NCBI RefSeq assembly: GCF_013167455.1 | Contig: NZ_CP038328.1 | Direction: 5' to 3' (one strand) | Length of the DNA: 64,000 nucleotides | Source: Escherichia coli O157:H7 | GTDB lineage: Bacteria > Pseudomonadota > Gammaproteobacteria > Enterobacterales > Enterobacteriaceae | Shown: piece after piece, positions 34,801-44,032 of the stretch | How positions within the stretch are numbered: position 1 is the first letter of the stretch | How the letters are laid out: each line of letters begins with the position of its first letter | Program-made: the position numbers and the translations under genes | The notes under the pieces: model-generated | What the model was told of the DNA's origin: nothing | Database searches by the model: none | Seen by the model: only the letters and a program-made list of their open reading frames with translations

Positions 34801-36171
34801 ATGGCTCGTTCTTTTAAAGTCTTATCGCCAACGGCAATCCTCGGGTATGGATTCCCGGAAGAGAGCTTCCGCAAAGCGATGGCAGAATCGCCCGATCTGA
34901 TCGCCGTTGATGCAGGCTCTTCCGATCCAGGCCCCCACTACCTCGGGGCAGGCAAACCGTTTACCGATCGCGCAGGGGTCAAGCGCGATCTGCGCTATAT
35001 GATCACCGCAGGCGTGCAAAATAATATACCGGTGGTGATCGGAACGGCTGGCGGTTCTGGTGCCGCACCACACCTGGAGTGGTGCCGAGAAATAATTCAT
35101 GAGATTGCCCGGGAAGAGCACCTCTCGTTCTCGATGGCGTTGATCCCGGCAGACGTTGACAAAGCCATCGTCCACCAGGCGCTGGATAACGGCAAAATCA
35201 CGGCGCTGGATTTTGTCCCGCCGTTAACCCACGACGCGATTGACGAAAGTACGTATATCGTCGCGCAAATGGGCATCGAACCCTTCCAGCGGGCGCTGAA
35301 AGAACGCGCGCAAGTGGTGCTGGGCGGGCGCGCTTACGACCCGGCCTGCTTTGCTGCGCTCCCGATCATGCAAGGCTTTGATGAAGGTCTGGCGCTGCAT
35401 TGTGGGAAAATCCTTGAATGCGCGGCAATCGCCGCAACGCCCGGCTCAGGCTCTGACTGTGCGATGGGCATCATTGATGACAACGGCTTTACGCTGAAAA
35501 CATTTAATCCGAAGCGTAAATTTACCGAAACGTCAGCAGCTGCACACACACTGTATGAGAAATCCGATCCCTACTTCCTGCCAGGACCTGGCGGCGTGTT
35601 GAACCTGAAAGGCTGCACATTTAAAGCAGTAAATGACGGCGAAGTCTACGTCAGCGGTTCTAAGCATGAAGAAACGCCGTATGCCCTGAAACTGGAAGGT
35701 GCACGACGGGTGGGCTTCCGCTGTCTGACCATCGCCGGAACGCGCGACCCGATTATGATCGCCGGGATCGATAAAATCATCGATGAAGTCAAAACCAGCG
35801 TTTCGCGTAACCTGTCGCTCGACGATGACAGCATTCGCATCAATTTCCACCTGTACGGCAAAAACGGGGTGATGGGAGACCATGAACCGATGCAAACTGC
35901 CGGGCATGAGCTGGGGATTGTCCTTGATGTAGTTGCACCGACCCAGGAAATTGCCAACAGCGTTTGCTCGCTGGTGCGCTCTACCATGCTGCACTACGGC
36001 TATGAAAACCGCATCGCTACCGCAGGTAATCTGGCGTTCCCGTTCTCCCCTTCTGATATCCAGGGCGGGCCGGTATACGAATTTTCCATATATCACCTGA
36101 TTGAAGCCAACGACGCTCTGCGTTTTGATTTCCATATTGAACAGGTGACGCCAGAAGGAGTTCAGGCATGA
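34801..36171 (+). CDS. uncharacterised conserved protein, 456 aa (possibly DUF1446/AtuA-like; assignment from memory, unverified)
   Basis: ORF begins 3 nt after the MAL stop; Gly-rich segment GTAGGSGAAPH; no characterised catalytic motif recognised. Confidence 0.6.
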   Translation: MARSFKVLSPTAILGYGFPEESFRKAMAESPDLIAVDAGSSDPGPHYLGAGKPFTDRAGVKRDLRYMITAGVQNNIPVVIGTAGGSGAAPHLEWCREIIHEIAREEHLSFSMALIPADVDKAIVHQALDNGKITALDFVPPLTHDAIDESTYIVAQMGIEPFQRALKERAQVVLGGRAYDPACFAALPIMQGFDEGLALHCGKILECAAIAATPGSGSDCAMGIIDDNGFTLKTFNPKRKFTETSAAAHTLYEKSDPYFLPGPGGVLNLKGCTFKAVNDGEVYVSGSKHEETPYALKLEGARRVGFRCLTIAGTRDPIMIAGIDKIIDEVKTSVSRNLSLDDDSIRINFHLYGKNGVMGDHEPMQTAGHELGIVLDVVAPTQEIANSVCSLVRSTMLHYGYENRIATAGNLAFPFSPSDIQGGPVYEFSIYHLIEANDALRFDFHIEQVTPEGVQA

Positions 36172-36485
36172 AACAGTCAATTGTCTCACTGGCGCAAGTC
36201 ATTCGTTCGAAAAATGCCGGACCTTACGAACTGGTTTTAGATATTTTATTTAAAACGAAAGAAAACTATGAGCGAGTTAAATCATCAGGGCAATTAACCC
36301 CAGAACTGATTGCACGCTTATATCATGTTGAACCTGACTTTATTCATCGTATTGTCTGGTTTGATCCTTCTAACGCAGTAAAAATCGTCATGCCACGAGA
36401 TATTATCTCCGGGAATGTAGGTGACAATGATGTCTATGGTGCACAGCAACATGCACCTTTATTAAATATGAGTTTCGATTTGTAA
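36168..36485 (+). CDS. uncharacterised small protein, 105 aa (possibly DUF4387-like; unverified)
   Basis: ORF overlapping the preceding gene by 4 nt (ATGA), indicating translational coupling. Confidence 0.55.
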   Translation: MKQSIVSLAQVIRSKNAGPYELVLDILFKTKENYERVKSSGQLTPELIARLYHVEPDFIHRIVWFDPSNAVKIVMPRDIISGNVGDNDVYGAQQHAPLLNMSFDL

Positions 36486-36568
36486 AAATCCGAATACTTT
36501 TAGCCAACTGACATCCCGTCACTTATTGCAGTTCAACACTTCAGCTATTTGTAAGGTTGTAATAGCAG

Positions 36569-36600
36569 GTAGATGCCTGAATCTCTATTCAGGCATCTAC
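36569..36600 (+). terminator. Perfect 14-bp inverted repeat (terminator or operator candidate)
   Basis: GTAGATGCCTGAAT-CTCT-ATTCAGGCATCTAC between the 105-aa ORF and the transporter gene; only a weak T-run follows. Confidence 0.45.
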
Positions 36601-36645
36601 TTCTCCTGATTCTGATTTATCGCCGTGCACCTGATGGAGGAAAAA

Positions 36646-37926
36646 ATGAAGAAAATAAGTTTAACCACGATGATTCTTTTGGCGCTGGTACTTGGAATGA
36701 TTATCGGCGTAGTGCTCAATAACACTGCTTCACCGGAAACCGCAAAACTCTATGCGCAAGAAATATCGATATTCACGACGATTTTCTTACGACTGATAAA
36801 AATGATTATCGCTCCGTTAGTGGTCTCTACCCTGGTGGTAGGTATTGCTAAAATGGGCGATGCCAAAGCCCTTGGTCGTATTTTTTCTAAAACACTCTTT
36901 TTATTTATTTGCGCCTCATTGCTGTCAATTGCCTTAGGCTTGATAACGGTAAATTTCTTCATGCCAGGTACAGGAATTAATTTTGTTGCACACGGTGCCG
37001 AAACCACCGGAGTGGTCGCGGCAGAACCCTTTACGCTAAAAGTATTTATTTCGCATGCTTTCCCCACCAGCATTGTCGATGCCATGGCGCACAATGAAAT
37101 TTTGCAAATCGTGGTGTTCTCAATTTTCCTCGGCTGTAGCCTGACGGCGATTGGCGAGAAAGGCAGCGCCATCGTTCACGCCTTAGATTCGCTGGCACAT
37201 GCCATGTTAAAGCTCACTGGCTACGTCATGCTCTTCGCTCCCCTGACCGTATTCGCTGCTATTTCAGCATTGATTGCTGAACGAGGACTGGCAGTTATGG
37301 TGAGCGCCGGGATCTTTATGGGTGAATTTTATTTCACCATGTTATTACTTTGGGTACTGCTTATCGGTCTGGCCATCGTTTATGTCGGCCCCTGCATCAG
37401 ACGCCTGACCCGCGCCCTTTCGGAACCCGCCCTGCTGGCATTTACCACATCCAGTTCTGAAGCGGCTTTTCCGGGAACGCTTGAAAAACTGGAGCAATTT
37501 GGCGTTTCCCCCAAAATTGCCAGCTTTGTCTTACCCATTGGCTACTCATTTAATCTCGTTGGATCAATGGCCTACTGCTCCTTCGCCACAGTTTTCATCG
37601 CCCAGGCCTGCAATATCCATTTATCCATCGGTGAGCAAATCACCATGCTGTTGATCCTGATGTTGACCTCGAAAGGAATGGCTGGCGTACCACGCGCCTC
37701 AATGGTGGTTATCGCCGCCACGCTCAACCAGTTCAATATTCCGGAAGCGGGGCTGATCTTGCTGATGGGCGTTGATCCGTTCCTTGATATGGGGCGTTCC
37801 GCGACAAACGTCATGAGCAACGCAATGGGCGCTGCGATGGTGAGTCGGTGGGAAGGCGAACATTTCGGCGAGGGCTGTCGGGGTAAAGCATTAAAACCCA
37901 ATGAATCGAACGTTGCTCTGCCCTGA
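36646..37926 (+). CDS. dicarboxylate/amino-acid:cation symporter (GltP/DctA family), probable glutamate or C4/C5-dicarboxylate uptake
   Basis: ORF track 36625..37926; ATG at 36646 is preceded by GGAGG; multi-TM protein MKKISLTTMILLALVLGMIIGVVLNN. Confidence 0.75.
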   Translation: MKKISLTTMILLALVLGMIIGVVLNNTASPETAKLYAQEISIFTTIFLRLIKMIIAPLVVSTLVVGIAKMGDAKALGRIFSKTLFLFICASLLSIALGLITVNFFMPGTGINFVAHGAETTGVVAAEPFTLKVFISHAFPTSIVDAMAHNEILQIVVFSIFLGCSLTAIGEKGSAIVHALDSLAHAMLKLTGYVMLFAPLTVFAAISALIAERGLAVMVSAGIFMGEFYFTMLLLWVLLIGLAIVYVGPCIRRLTRALSEPALLAFTTSSSEAAFPGTLEKLEQFGVSPKIASFVLPIGYSFNLVGSMAYCSFATVFIAQACNIHLSIGEQITMLLILMLTSKGMAGVPRASMVVIAATLNQFNIPEAGLILLMGVDPFLDMGRSATNVMSNAMGAAMVSRWEGEHFGEGCRGKALKPNESNVALP

Positions 37927-38033
37927 GGGGGATCTTAAGCAATCAGAAGCCAATGACTACGCATTTTTATAAGCCGGATCATGAAGTTAGACGGCAATTA
38001 AGTAACACTAACGTTTAAGGTGAAAAGTGAAAT

Positions 38034-39686
38034 ATGTCCAAACCATTTATCTGGCAAGAACCGTTTCTACAAAATAAAGACGGTACAGAATATACATTAA
38101 TTAGCGATCAACATATTACAGTAACGGAATTAGACGGCGAAGAAGTGATAAAAATCGCTCCTGAAGCATTAACGCTGCTTGCCCGGCAGGCATTTTATGA
38201 AGCCTCTTTTTTCTTACGTTCCGCTCATTTGCAACAGGTCGCCAGCATTCTTAACGATCAGCAGGCCAGCAGTAATGATAAATACGTTGCGTTGCAGTTA
38301 TTACGTAATGCTGAAGTCTCAGCAAAAGGGGTATTACCCAACTGTCAGGATACCGGCACCGCAACTATTGTTGCCAGTAAAGGGCAACAGATATGGACCG
38401 GAGGTAACGACGCCGAAGCCTTAAGTAAAGGCATTTACAGTACTTTCCAGGAAAATAATCTGCGCTTTTCACAAAATGCGCCGCTGGATATGTATACCGA
38501 AGTCAATACGCAAACCAATCTCCCGGCGCAGATTGATATCAGCGCTGTCGCTGGTGATGAGTACCATTTTCTCTGTGTTAATAAAGGGGGCGGCTCCGCC
38601 AATAAAGCCGCGCTTTATCAGGAAACCAAATCCTTATTGCAACCAGAAAAACTGACCGCATTTTTAATCGAAAAAATGAAATCGCTGGGCACCGCTGCCT
38701 GCCCGCCTTACCACATCGCCTTTGTCGTCGGAGGGCTTTCAGCCGATCAAACCTTAAAAATTGCCAAGCTGGCCTCAACGAAATATTACGACAATTTGCC
38801 CACCAGCGGAAACGAGCAGGGACAAGCATTCCGTGATATTGAGCTGGAAAAAGTGTTGCTCGAGGCCAGTCAGCAATTTGGTATTGGTGCGCAATTTGGG
38901 GGTAAATATTTCGCTCATGATATTCGCGTCATTCGTCTGCCGCGTCACGGTGGCTCTTGCCCGATAGCTATGGCGCTCTCCTGTTCTGCCGATCGCAATA
39001 TCAAAGCAAAAATTAACAAACACGGTATCTGGCTGGAAAAACTCGAACACAATCCGGGGCAATATATTCCAGCCTCACTGCGGGAAGAAAATCACGCGCA
39101 ACATGTACAACTGGATCTAAACCGTCCGTTGCGTGACGTGATGCAGGATCTCGCCAGATTACCAGTAGGCACCCGCGTGTCGTTAAGTGGTCCCATCGTA
39201 GTGGCGCGCGATATCGCCCACGCCAAAATAAAAGCGCGGCTGGATAGCGGCGAACCGATGCCGGAGTACCTGAAGCATCATATTGTCTATTACGCTGGCC
39301 CGGCGAAAACACCGGAGAACATGGCCTGCGGTTCACTGGGTCCAACCACGGGCGGTCGAATGGACGGTTATATCGATACCTTCCAGGCGGCTGGCGGCAG
39401 TCTAGTGATGTTATCGAAAGGTAACCGCAGCCAGCAGGTCACCGATGCCTGTCACAAACATGGCGGCTTCAATCTGGGAAGTATTGGCGGTGCAGCTGCG
39501 TTACTGGCGCAAGAATATGTCAAAAGTCTGCGTTGCCTGGAATACCCGGAGCTGGGTATGGAAGCGGTGTGGATGATGGAAGTGGAAAATCTGCCCGCAT
39601 TCATCCTGGTAGATGATAAAGGCAATAATTTCTTTAGTCAGTTTGAGCAGCAACACCGCTGCGCCAGTTGCCCTGCGGGACATTAA
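38034..39686 (+). CDS. fumD: class I (Fe-S) fumarate hydratase paralogue, FumD-type mesaconase/fumarase
   Basis: 550 aa ORF closely similar to FumA/FumB over its length ([38 protein letters not shown]), located in the glutamate mutase cluster. Confidence 0.85.
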   Translation: MSKPFIWQEPFLQNKDGTEYTLISDQHITVTELDGEEVIKIAPEALTLLARQAFYEASFFLRSAHLQQVASILNDQQASSNDKYVALQLLRNAEVSAKGVLPNCQDTGTATIVASKGQQIWTGGNDAEALSKGIYSTFQENNLRFSQNAPLDMYTEVNTQTNLPAQIDISAVAGDEYHFLCVNKGGGSANKAALYQETKSLLQPEKLTAFLIEKMKSLGTAACPPYHIAFVVGGLSADQTLKIAKLASTKYYDNLPTSGNEQGQAFRDIELEKVLLEASQQFGIGAQFGGKYFAHDIRVIRLPRHGGSCPIAMALSCSADRNIKAKINKHGIWLEKLEHNPGQYIPASLREENHAQHVQLDLNRPLRDVMQDLARLPVGTRVSLSGPIVVARDIAHAKIKARLDSGEPMPEYLKHHIVYYAGPAKTPENMACGSLGPTTGGRMDGYIDTFQAAGGSLVMLSKGNRSQQVTDACHKHGGFNLGSIGGAAALLAQEYVKSLRCLEYPELGMEAVWMMEVENLPAFILVDDKGNNFFSQFEQQHRCASCPAGH

Positions 39687-39695
39687 GGAAAATGA

Positions 39696-40298
39696 ATGGA
39701 AGCGCGAATTTCAACTGAACGGCATGTGCAGCGCCAACAGAAATTGAAGGAACAGGTCGATACGCGCGTCGCGGCGGCGATAGAGAAAAAAGGGATCTTG
39801 ATTGTTTTCACCGGCAACGGCAAAGGGAAATCCACTGCCGCGTTTGGTACTGTGACGCGCGCGGTGGGTCATGGCAAAACGGTGGGGGTTGCGCAGTACA
39901 TCAAGGGGCAATGGGACAACGGCGAATACAACCTTCTCCAGCCGCTGGGGGTTGAGTTTCATATTATGGGAACCGGTTTTACCTGGGAGACACAGAACCG
40001 GCAAGCGGATATCGACGCGGCGAAAGAGGTCTGGTCGGAAAGCAAACGGATGCTGGCTGACAAGCGTTACGACTTAGTGGTGCTTGATGAGCTGACCTAT
40101 ATGCTGGCTTACCATTATCTGGATACCGAAGAAGTGATCGCTTCTCTGCAAAACCGCCCGGCACAACAAAGTGTCATTGTCACCGGACGCGGTTGCCACA
40201 GTCAGATATTAAAAATGGCAGATACGGTCAGCGAAATCCGCCCCGTCAAACATGCTTTTGATAACGGCATTCAGGCCCAGCCGGGTATCGACTGGTAA
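39696..40298 (+). CDS. cob(I)alamin adenosyltransferase, BtuR/CobA family
   Basis: 200 aa ORF with P-loop FTGNGKGKSTAAFG and strong resemblance to E. coli BtuR. Confidence 0.85.
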   Translation: MEARISTERHVQRQQKLKEQVDTRVAAAIEKKGILIVFTGNGKGKSTAAFGTVTRAVGHGKTVGVAQYIKGQWDNGEYNLLQPLGVEFHIMGTGFTWETQNRQADIDAAKEVWSESKRMLADKRYDLVVLDELTYMLAYHYLDTEEVIASLQNRPAQQSVIVTGRGCHSQILKMADTVSEIRPVKHAFDNGIQAQPGIDW

Positions 40299-40301
40299 TA
40301 A

Positions 40302-40334
40302 CTGCGCCTGGCATCCCGCCAGGCGCAGGTTTTA
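40302..40334. terminator. Bidirectional hairpin between convergent adenosyltransferase and LysR genes
   Basis: CTGCGCCTGG-loop-CCAGGCGCAG followed by GTTTTA; overlaps the LysR stop codon. Confidence 0.5.
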
Positions 40335-41237
40335 CATCTCCTGCGGTACGACCGATTTCGCCAGCAACCATTCACGAAATTGCTGCAAGTGCGGTGAGTC
40401 AGACTTCTCTTCCTGCCACGTCATAATAAAACGATTACCGGTACGAATAGGCACATCACAGGGAATCACCATATCGCCACTATCCAAATCATGTTGAATA
40501 GCGAAACGTGGTAACAGCGCCACGCCGAGATTAGAGCGCACGGCGGCAATCAGCATTGAAAGCAAATCGAAACGTGGTCCGTTGTTGACCAGCGGACTGC
40601 TAACGCCAGATAAAGCAAACCACTCTTCCCAGCCAGTAATACGGGTGCTTTGATGCAGAAGTGGTAACTCAGTAAGCAGTTCTGCCACTGACAGTTTTTG
40701 ATCGGACATTGCAAGCAAACTGCCGCTGCATACCGGCAAAATCTCCTCTTCAAAGAGATATTCTACTTCCGCCCAGGGCGCGCAAAAATTTTCGCGCATA
40801 ATGACAGCATCGTACTCCCGATTAAGAAAATCGCCGTTATTAGCTAAAGAATGAATATTAACAATAATATCGGGATGTAACTTTGTGAATTCATGTAAAT
40901 TTGGGATTAACCAGTGGGTACTAAAAGTAGGATTAACGGCAAGTTCAATAACCTGAACCGTAGGCTGCCAGGTCATAATGGTATTGGTATCGCGTTCCAG
41001 CTTATTTAATGTTTCTTTTACTATCCCCAGGTAATACTTCCCTGTATCATTAAGAAAAATGCGTTTTTTAGAGTGTGAAAATAACGGAGTACGTAAAAAT
41101 TCCTCCAGCGCACTTACTTGTCTGAATACTGCACTTTGGGTTAACGCTAACTCCTCTGCCGCTCTGGTATAACTTTCATGACGTGCGACGACCTCAAAAG
41201 TCACCAGCAGTTCCGTTTTAGGTATTTTCCCTCGCAT
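40332..41237 (-). CDS. LysR-family transcriptional regulator
   Basis: 301 aa ORF with N-terminal HTH (LLVTFEVVARHESYTRAAEELALTQSAVFRQVSALE) and C-terminal substrate-binding domain. Confidence 0.85.
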   Translation of the reverse strand: MRGKIPKTELLVTFEVVARHESYTRAAEELALTQSAVFRQVSALEEFLRTPLFSHSKKRIFLNDTGKYYLGIVKETLNKLERDTNTIMTWQPTVQVIELAVNPTFSTHWLIPNLHEFTKLHPDIIVNIHSLANNGDFLNREYDAVIMRENFCAPWAEVEYLFEEEILPVCSGSLLAMSDQKLSVAELLTELPLLHQSTRITGWEEWFALSGVSSPLVNNGPRFDLLSMLIAAVRSNLGVALLPRFAIQHDLDSGDMVIPCDVPIRTGNRFIMTWQEEKSDSPHLQQFREWLLAKSVVPQEM

Positions 41238-41802
41238 AATGCCGTCCCTTAAAAATAGTTTAAACCATCAAAAATACATTACTTATTACGAAGTAATGGT
41301 AACCAAAGCAGCAATAAATAATTTATAAGAATCATGATTGACATTTATAAACCAGTAAGGCTGGCGTGACAAATATCTTAATCAGATAATAATAATCCGA
41401 AAAGCACAGCGCCTTTCGAATTATCCGGAATCACATTAAGTGAAAATTATTAAATTGATATCATTTATCATATCTGTGGATATTATGATAAACAATCAAC
41501 AAAGATTTTATTTTTGATTTATAGCATATCCCTCTAAGAATTTTTGCGATGCTGCAATATCCGGGGTAAAGACCCGATCCTGGCTGACAAATGGCACGAC
41601 TTGACGAAAAGCGGTGAACATCGCTTTTGTTGATTTACTTAACGCTACGGTCAAACGCTGGGAAGCCAGTGCATCAGGTAACGATTCGAAATTCGCCGTC
41701 GTTCTTATTCGTGGCTTGCGGTCGGTTGCGGCAATCCACAGTGGCTGTGGTCATGCAGTCAAGCCTGCAGTCAGATTTCGACCGTGGTTAACCGTTTAAG
41801 GC

Positions 41803-41903
41803 ATAAAAAAGGCCATCATACGATGGCCAACCATGTCGAAACCGACAGCCCTTCGCCATTCCTGTAGAGGGAAGCGGCGAGGGCTATTTCTTATTACAGA
41901 TAT
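41803..41903 (-). ncRNA. sdhX: SdhX (RybD) sRNA region, sucD 3'UTR ending at an intrinsic terminator
   Basis: 3'UTR of sucD on the minus strand ends in GGCCATCGTATGATGGCC plus TTTTTT and contains ACAGGAATGGCGAAGGGCTGTCGGTTTCGACATGG, which I recall as the SdhX region; exact 5' end not determined. Confidence 0.55.
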
Positions 41904-42773
41904 TTATTTCAGAACAGTTTTCAGTGCTTCACCGATATCCGCCAGGCTGCGAACGGTTTTCACGCCTGCGGCTTCCAGAGCAGCGAATTTCTCATCCGCA
42001 GTCCCTTTCCCACCGGCAATGATGGCACCCGCGTGGCCCATACGTTTGCCTTTCGGCGCAGTCACACCAGCGATGTAACCCACAACTGGCTTGGTAACGT
42101 GCTCTTTGATGTACGCAGCTGCTTCTTCTTCAGCGCTACCGCCGATCTCACCGATCATCACGATCGCTTCGGTCTGCGGATCTTTTTCGAACATTTCGAG
42201 AATGTCGATAAAGTTAGAGCCAGGGATCGGGTCACCGCCGATACCGACACAGGTCGACTGACCGAAACCGTAATCCGTGGTCTGTTTAACCGCTTCATAG
42301 GTCAGTGTACCGGAACGGGAAACGATACCCACTTTACCCGGTTTGTGAATGTGACCAGGCTGAATACCGATTTTGCATTCACCCGGAGTGATAACGCCTG
42401 GGCAGTTCGGGCCGATCATACGAACGCCTGCTTCATCCAGCTTCACTTTCACGGTCAGCATATCCAGCGTCGGGATGCCTTCAGTGATGGTGATAATCAG
42501 TTTGATGCCTGCGTCGATGGCTTCCAGAATGGAGTCTTTGCAGAACGGTGCTGGTACGTAGATAACAGAAGCGGTAGCGCCAGTAGCAGCAACAGCTTCA
42601 CGCACGGTGTTGAACACCGGCAGGCCGAGGTGGGTAGTACCGCCTTTACCTGGGGTTACGCCGCCAACCATTTTAGTGCCGTATGCAATGGCCTGTTCTG
42701 AGTGGAAAGTCCCCTGGCTACCGGTAAAGCCCTGGCAGATAACCTTGGTGTTTTTATCAATTAAAATGGACAT
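41904..42773 (-). CDS. sucD: succinyl-CoA synthetase alpha subunit
   Basis: 289 aa [48 protein letters not shown]. Confidence 0.92.
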
Positions 42774-43939
42774 TATTTCCCCTCCACTGCGGCAACAACC
42801 TGCTGAGCTGCATCCGTCAGACCTTTTGCTGCAATAATATTCAGGCCGCTGTCAGCCAGTTTCTTCGCGCCGAGTTCGGCGTTGTTACCTTCCAGACGTA
42901 CCACGACCGGTACGTTAACACCCACTTCCGCTACCGCACCGATGATACCGTCAGCGATCAGGTCGCAACGAACGATACCGCCGAAGATGTTAACCAGAAC
43001 GGCTTTCACTTTGTCGTCAGAGAGGATGATTTTGAACGCTTCGGTTACACGTTCTTTGGTTGCGCCGCCGCCAACGTCCAGGAAGTTAGCCGGTTCGCCG
43101 CCGTGCAGTTTAACGATGTCCATCGTACCCATCGCCAGGCCTGCGCCGTTAACCATACAACCGATGTTACCGTCCAGCGCAACGTAGTTCAGTTCCCACT
43201 GTGCAGCCTGTGCTTCACGCGGATCTTCCTGCGACTGGTCACGCATTTCGCGCAGATCAGGCTGGCGGAACAGGGCGTTGCCATCAGCGCCCAGTTTGCC
43301 GTCGAGGCAAATCAGATCGCCCTGTTTGGTGATGACCAGCGGGTTGATTTCGATCAGCGCCAGGTCGCGCTCCAGGAAAATGGTCGCCAGGCCCATGAAG
43401 ATTTTGGTGAACTGCTGAACCAGTTTACCTTCCAGACCCAGTTTGAACGCCAGCTCGCGTCCCTGATACGGCATCGGGCCAGTCAGCGGATCAAGCGCAA
43501 CTTTGTGGATCAGGTGCGGAGTTTCTTCCGCCACTTTTTCGATTTCCACGCCGCCTTCGGTGGAGGCCATAAAGACCACGCGACGTGAACTACGGTCTAC
43601 AACGGCACCGAGATACAGCTCTTTAGCGATATCGGTCGCTGCTTCAACCAGAATCTGGTTAACCGGTTGGCCATTGGCATCTGTTTGATACGTTACCAGA
43701 CGCTTGCCCAGCCAGTTTTCTGCAAAAGCACGGATGTCTTCTTTGCTGTTTACAACTTTCACACCGCCCGCTTTACCGCGGCCACCAGCGTGAACCTGAC
43801 ATTTCACTACCCACGGACCGGCACCGATTTTTGAAGCGGCTTCTTCTGCTTCGCGCGGAGTAGTACAGGCATAACCCACCGGTGCTGGTAAGCCATAGCG
43901 GGCAAACAGTTGTTTTGCCTGATATTCATGTAAGTTCAT
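42773..43939 (-). CDS. sucC: succinyl-CoA synthetase beta subunit
   Basis: 388 aa [21 protein letters not shown]; stop overlaps the sucD start. Confidence 0.92.
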
Positions 43940-44032
43940 GTGTTCTGTCCATCCTTCAGTAATCGTTATCTTTTAAACCGTAGACCGACACCCTATCCAC
44001 GTCGGTCTACAGTGCAGGTGAAACTTAAACTA

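Noticed and set aside
35533-36189. 218-aa minus-strand ORF
   Set aside because: Antisense to the 456-aa cluster gene, which is translationally coupled to its neighbours and is the better-supported reading.
27457-41600. Accessory region as a prophage or integrative element
   Set aside because: No integrase, transposase, phage structural gene or flanking direct repeat was recognised; the content is metabolic.
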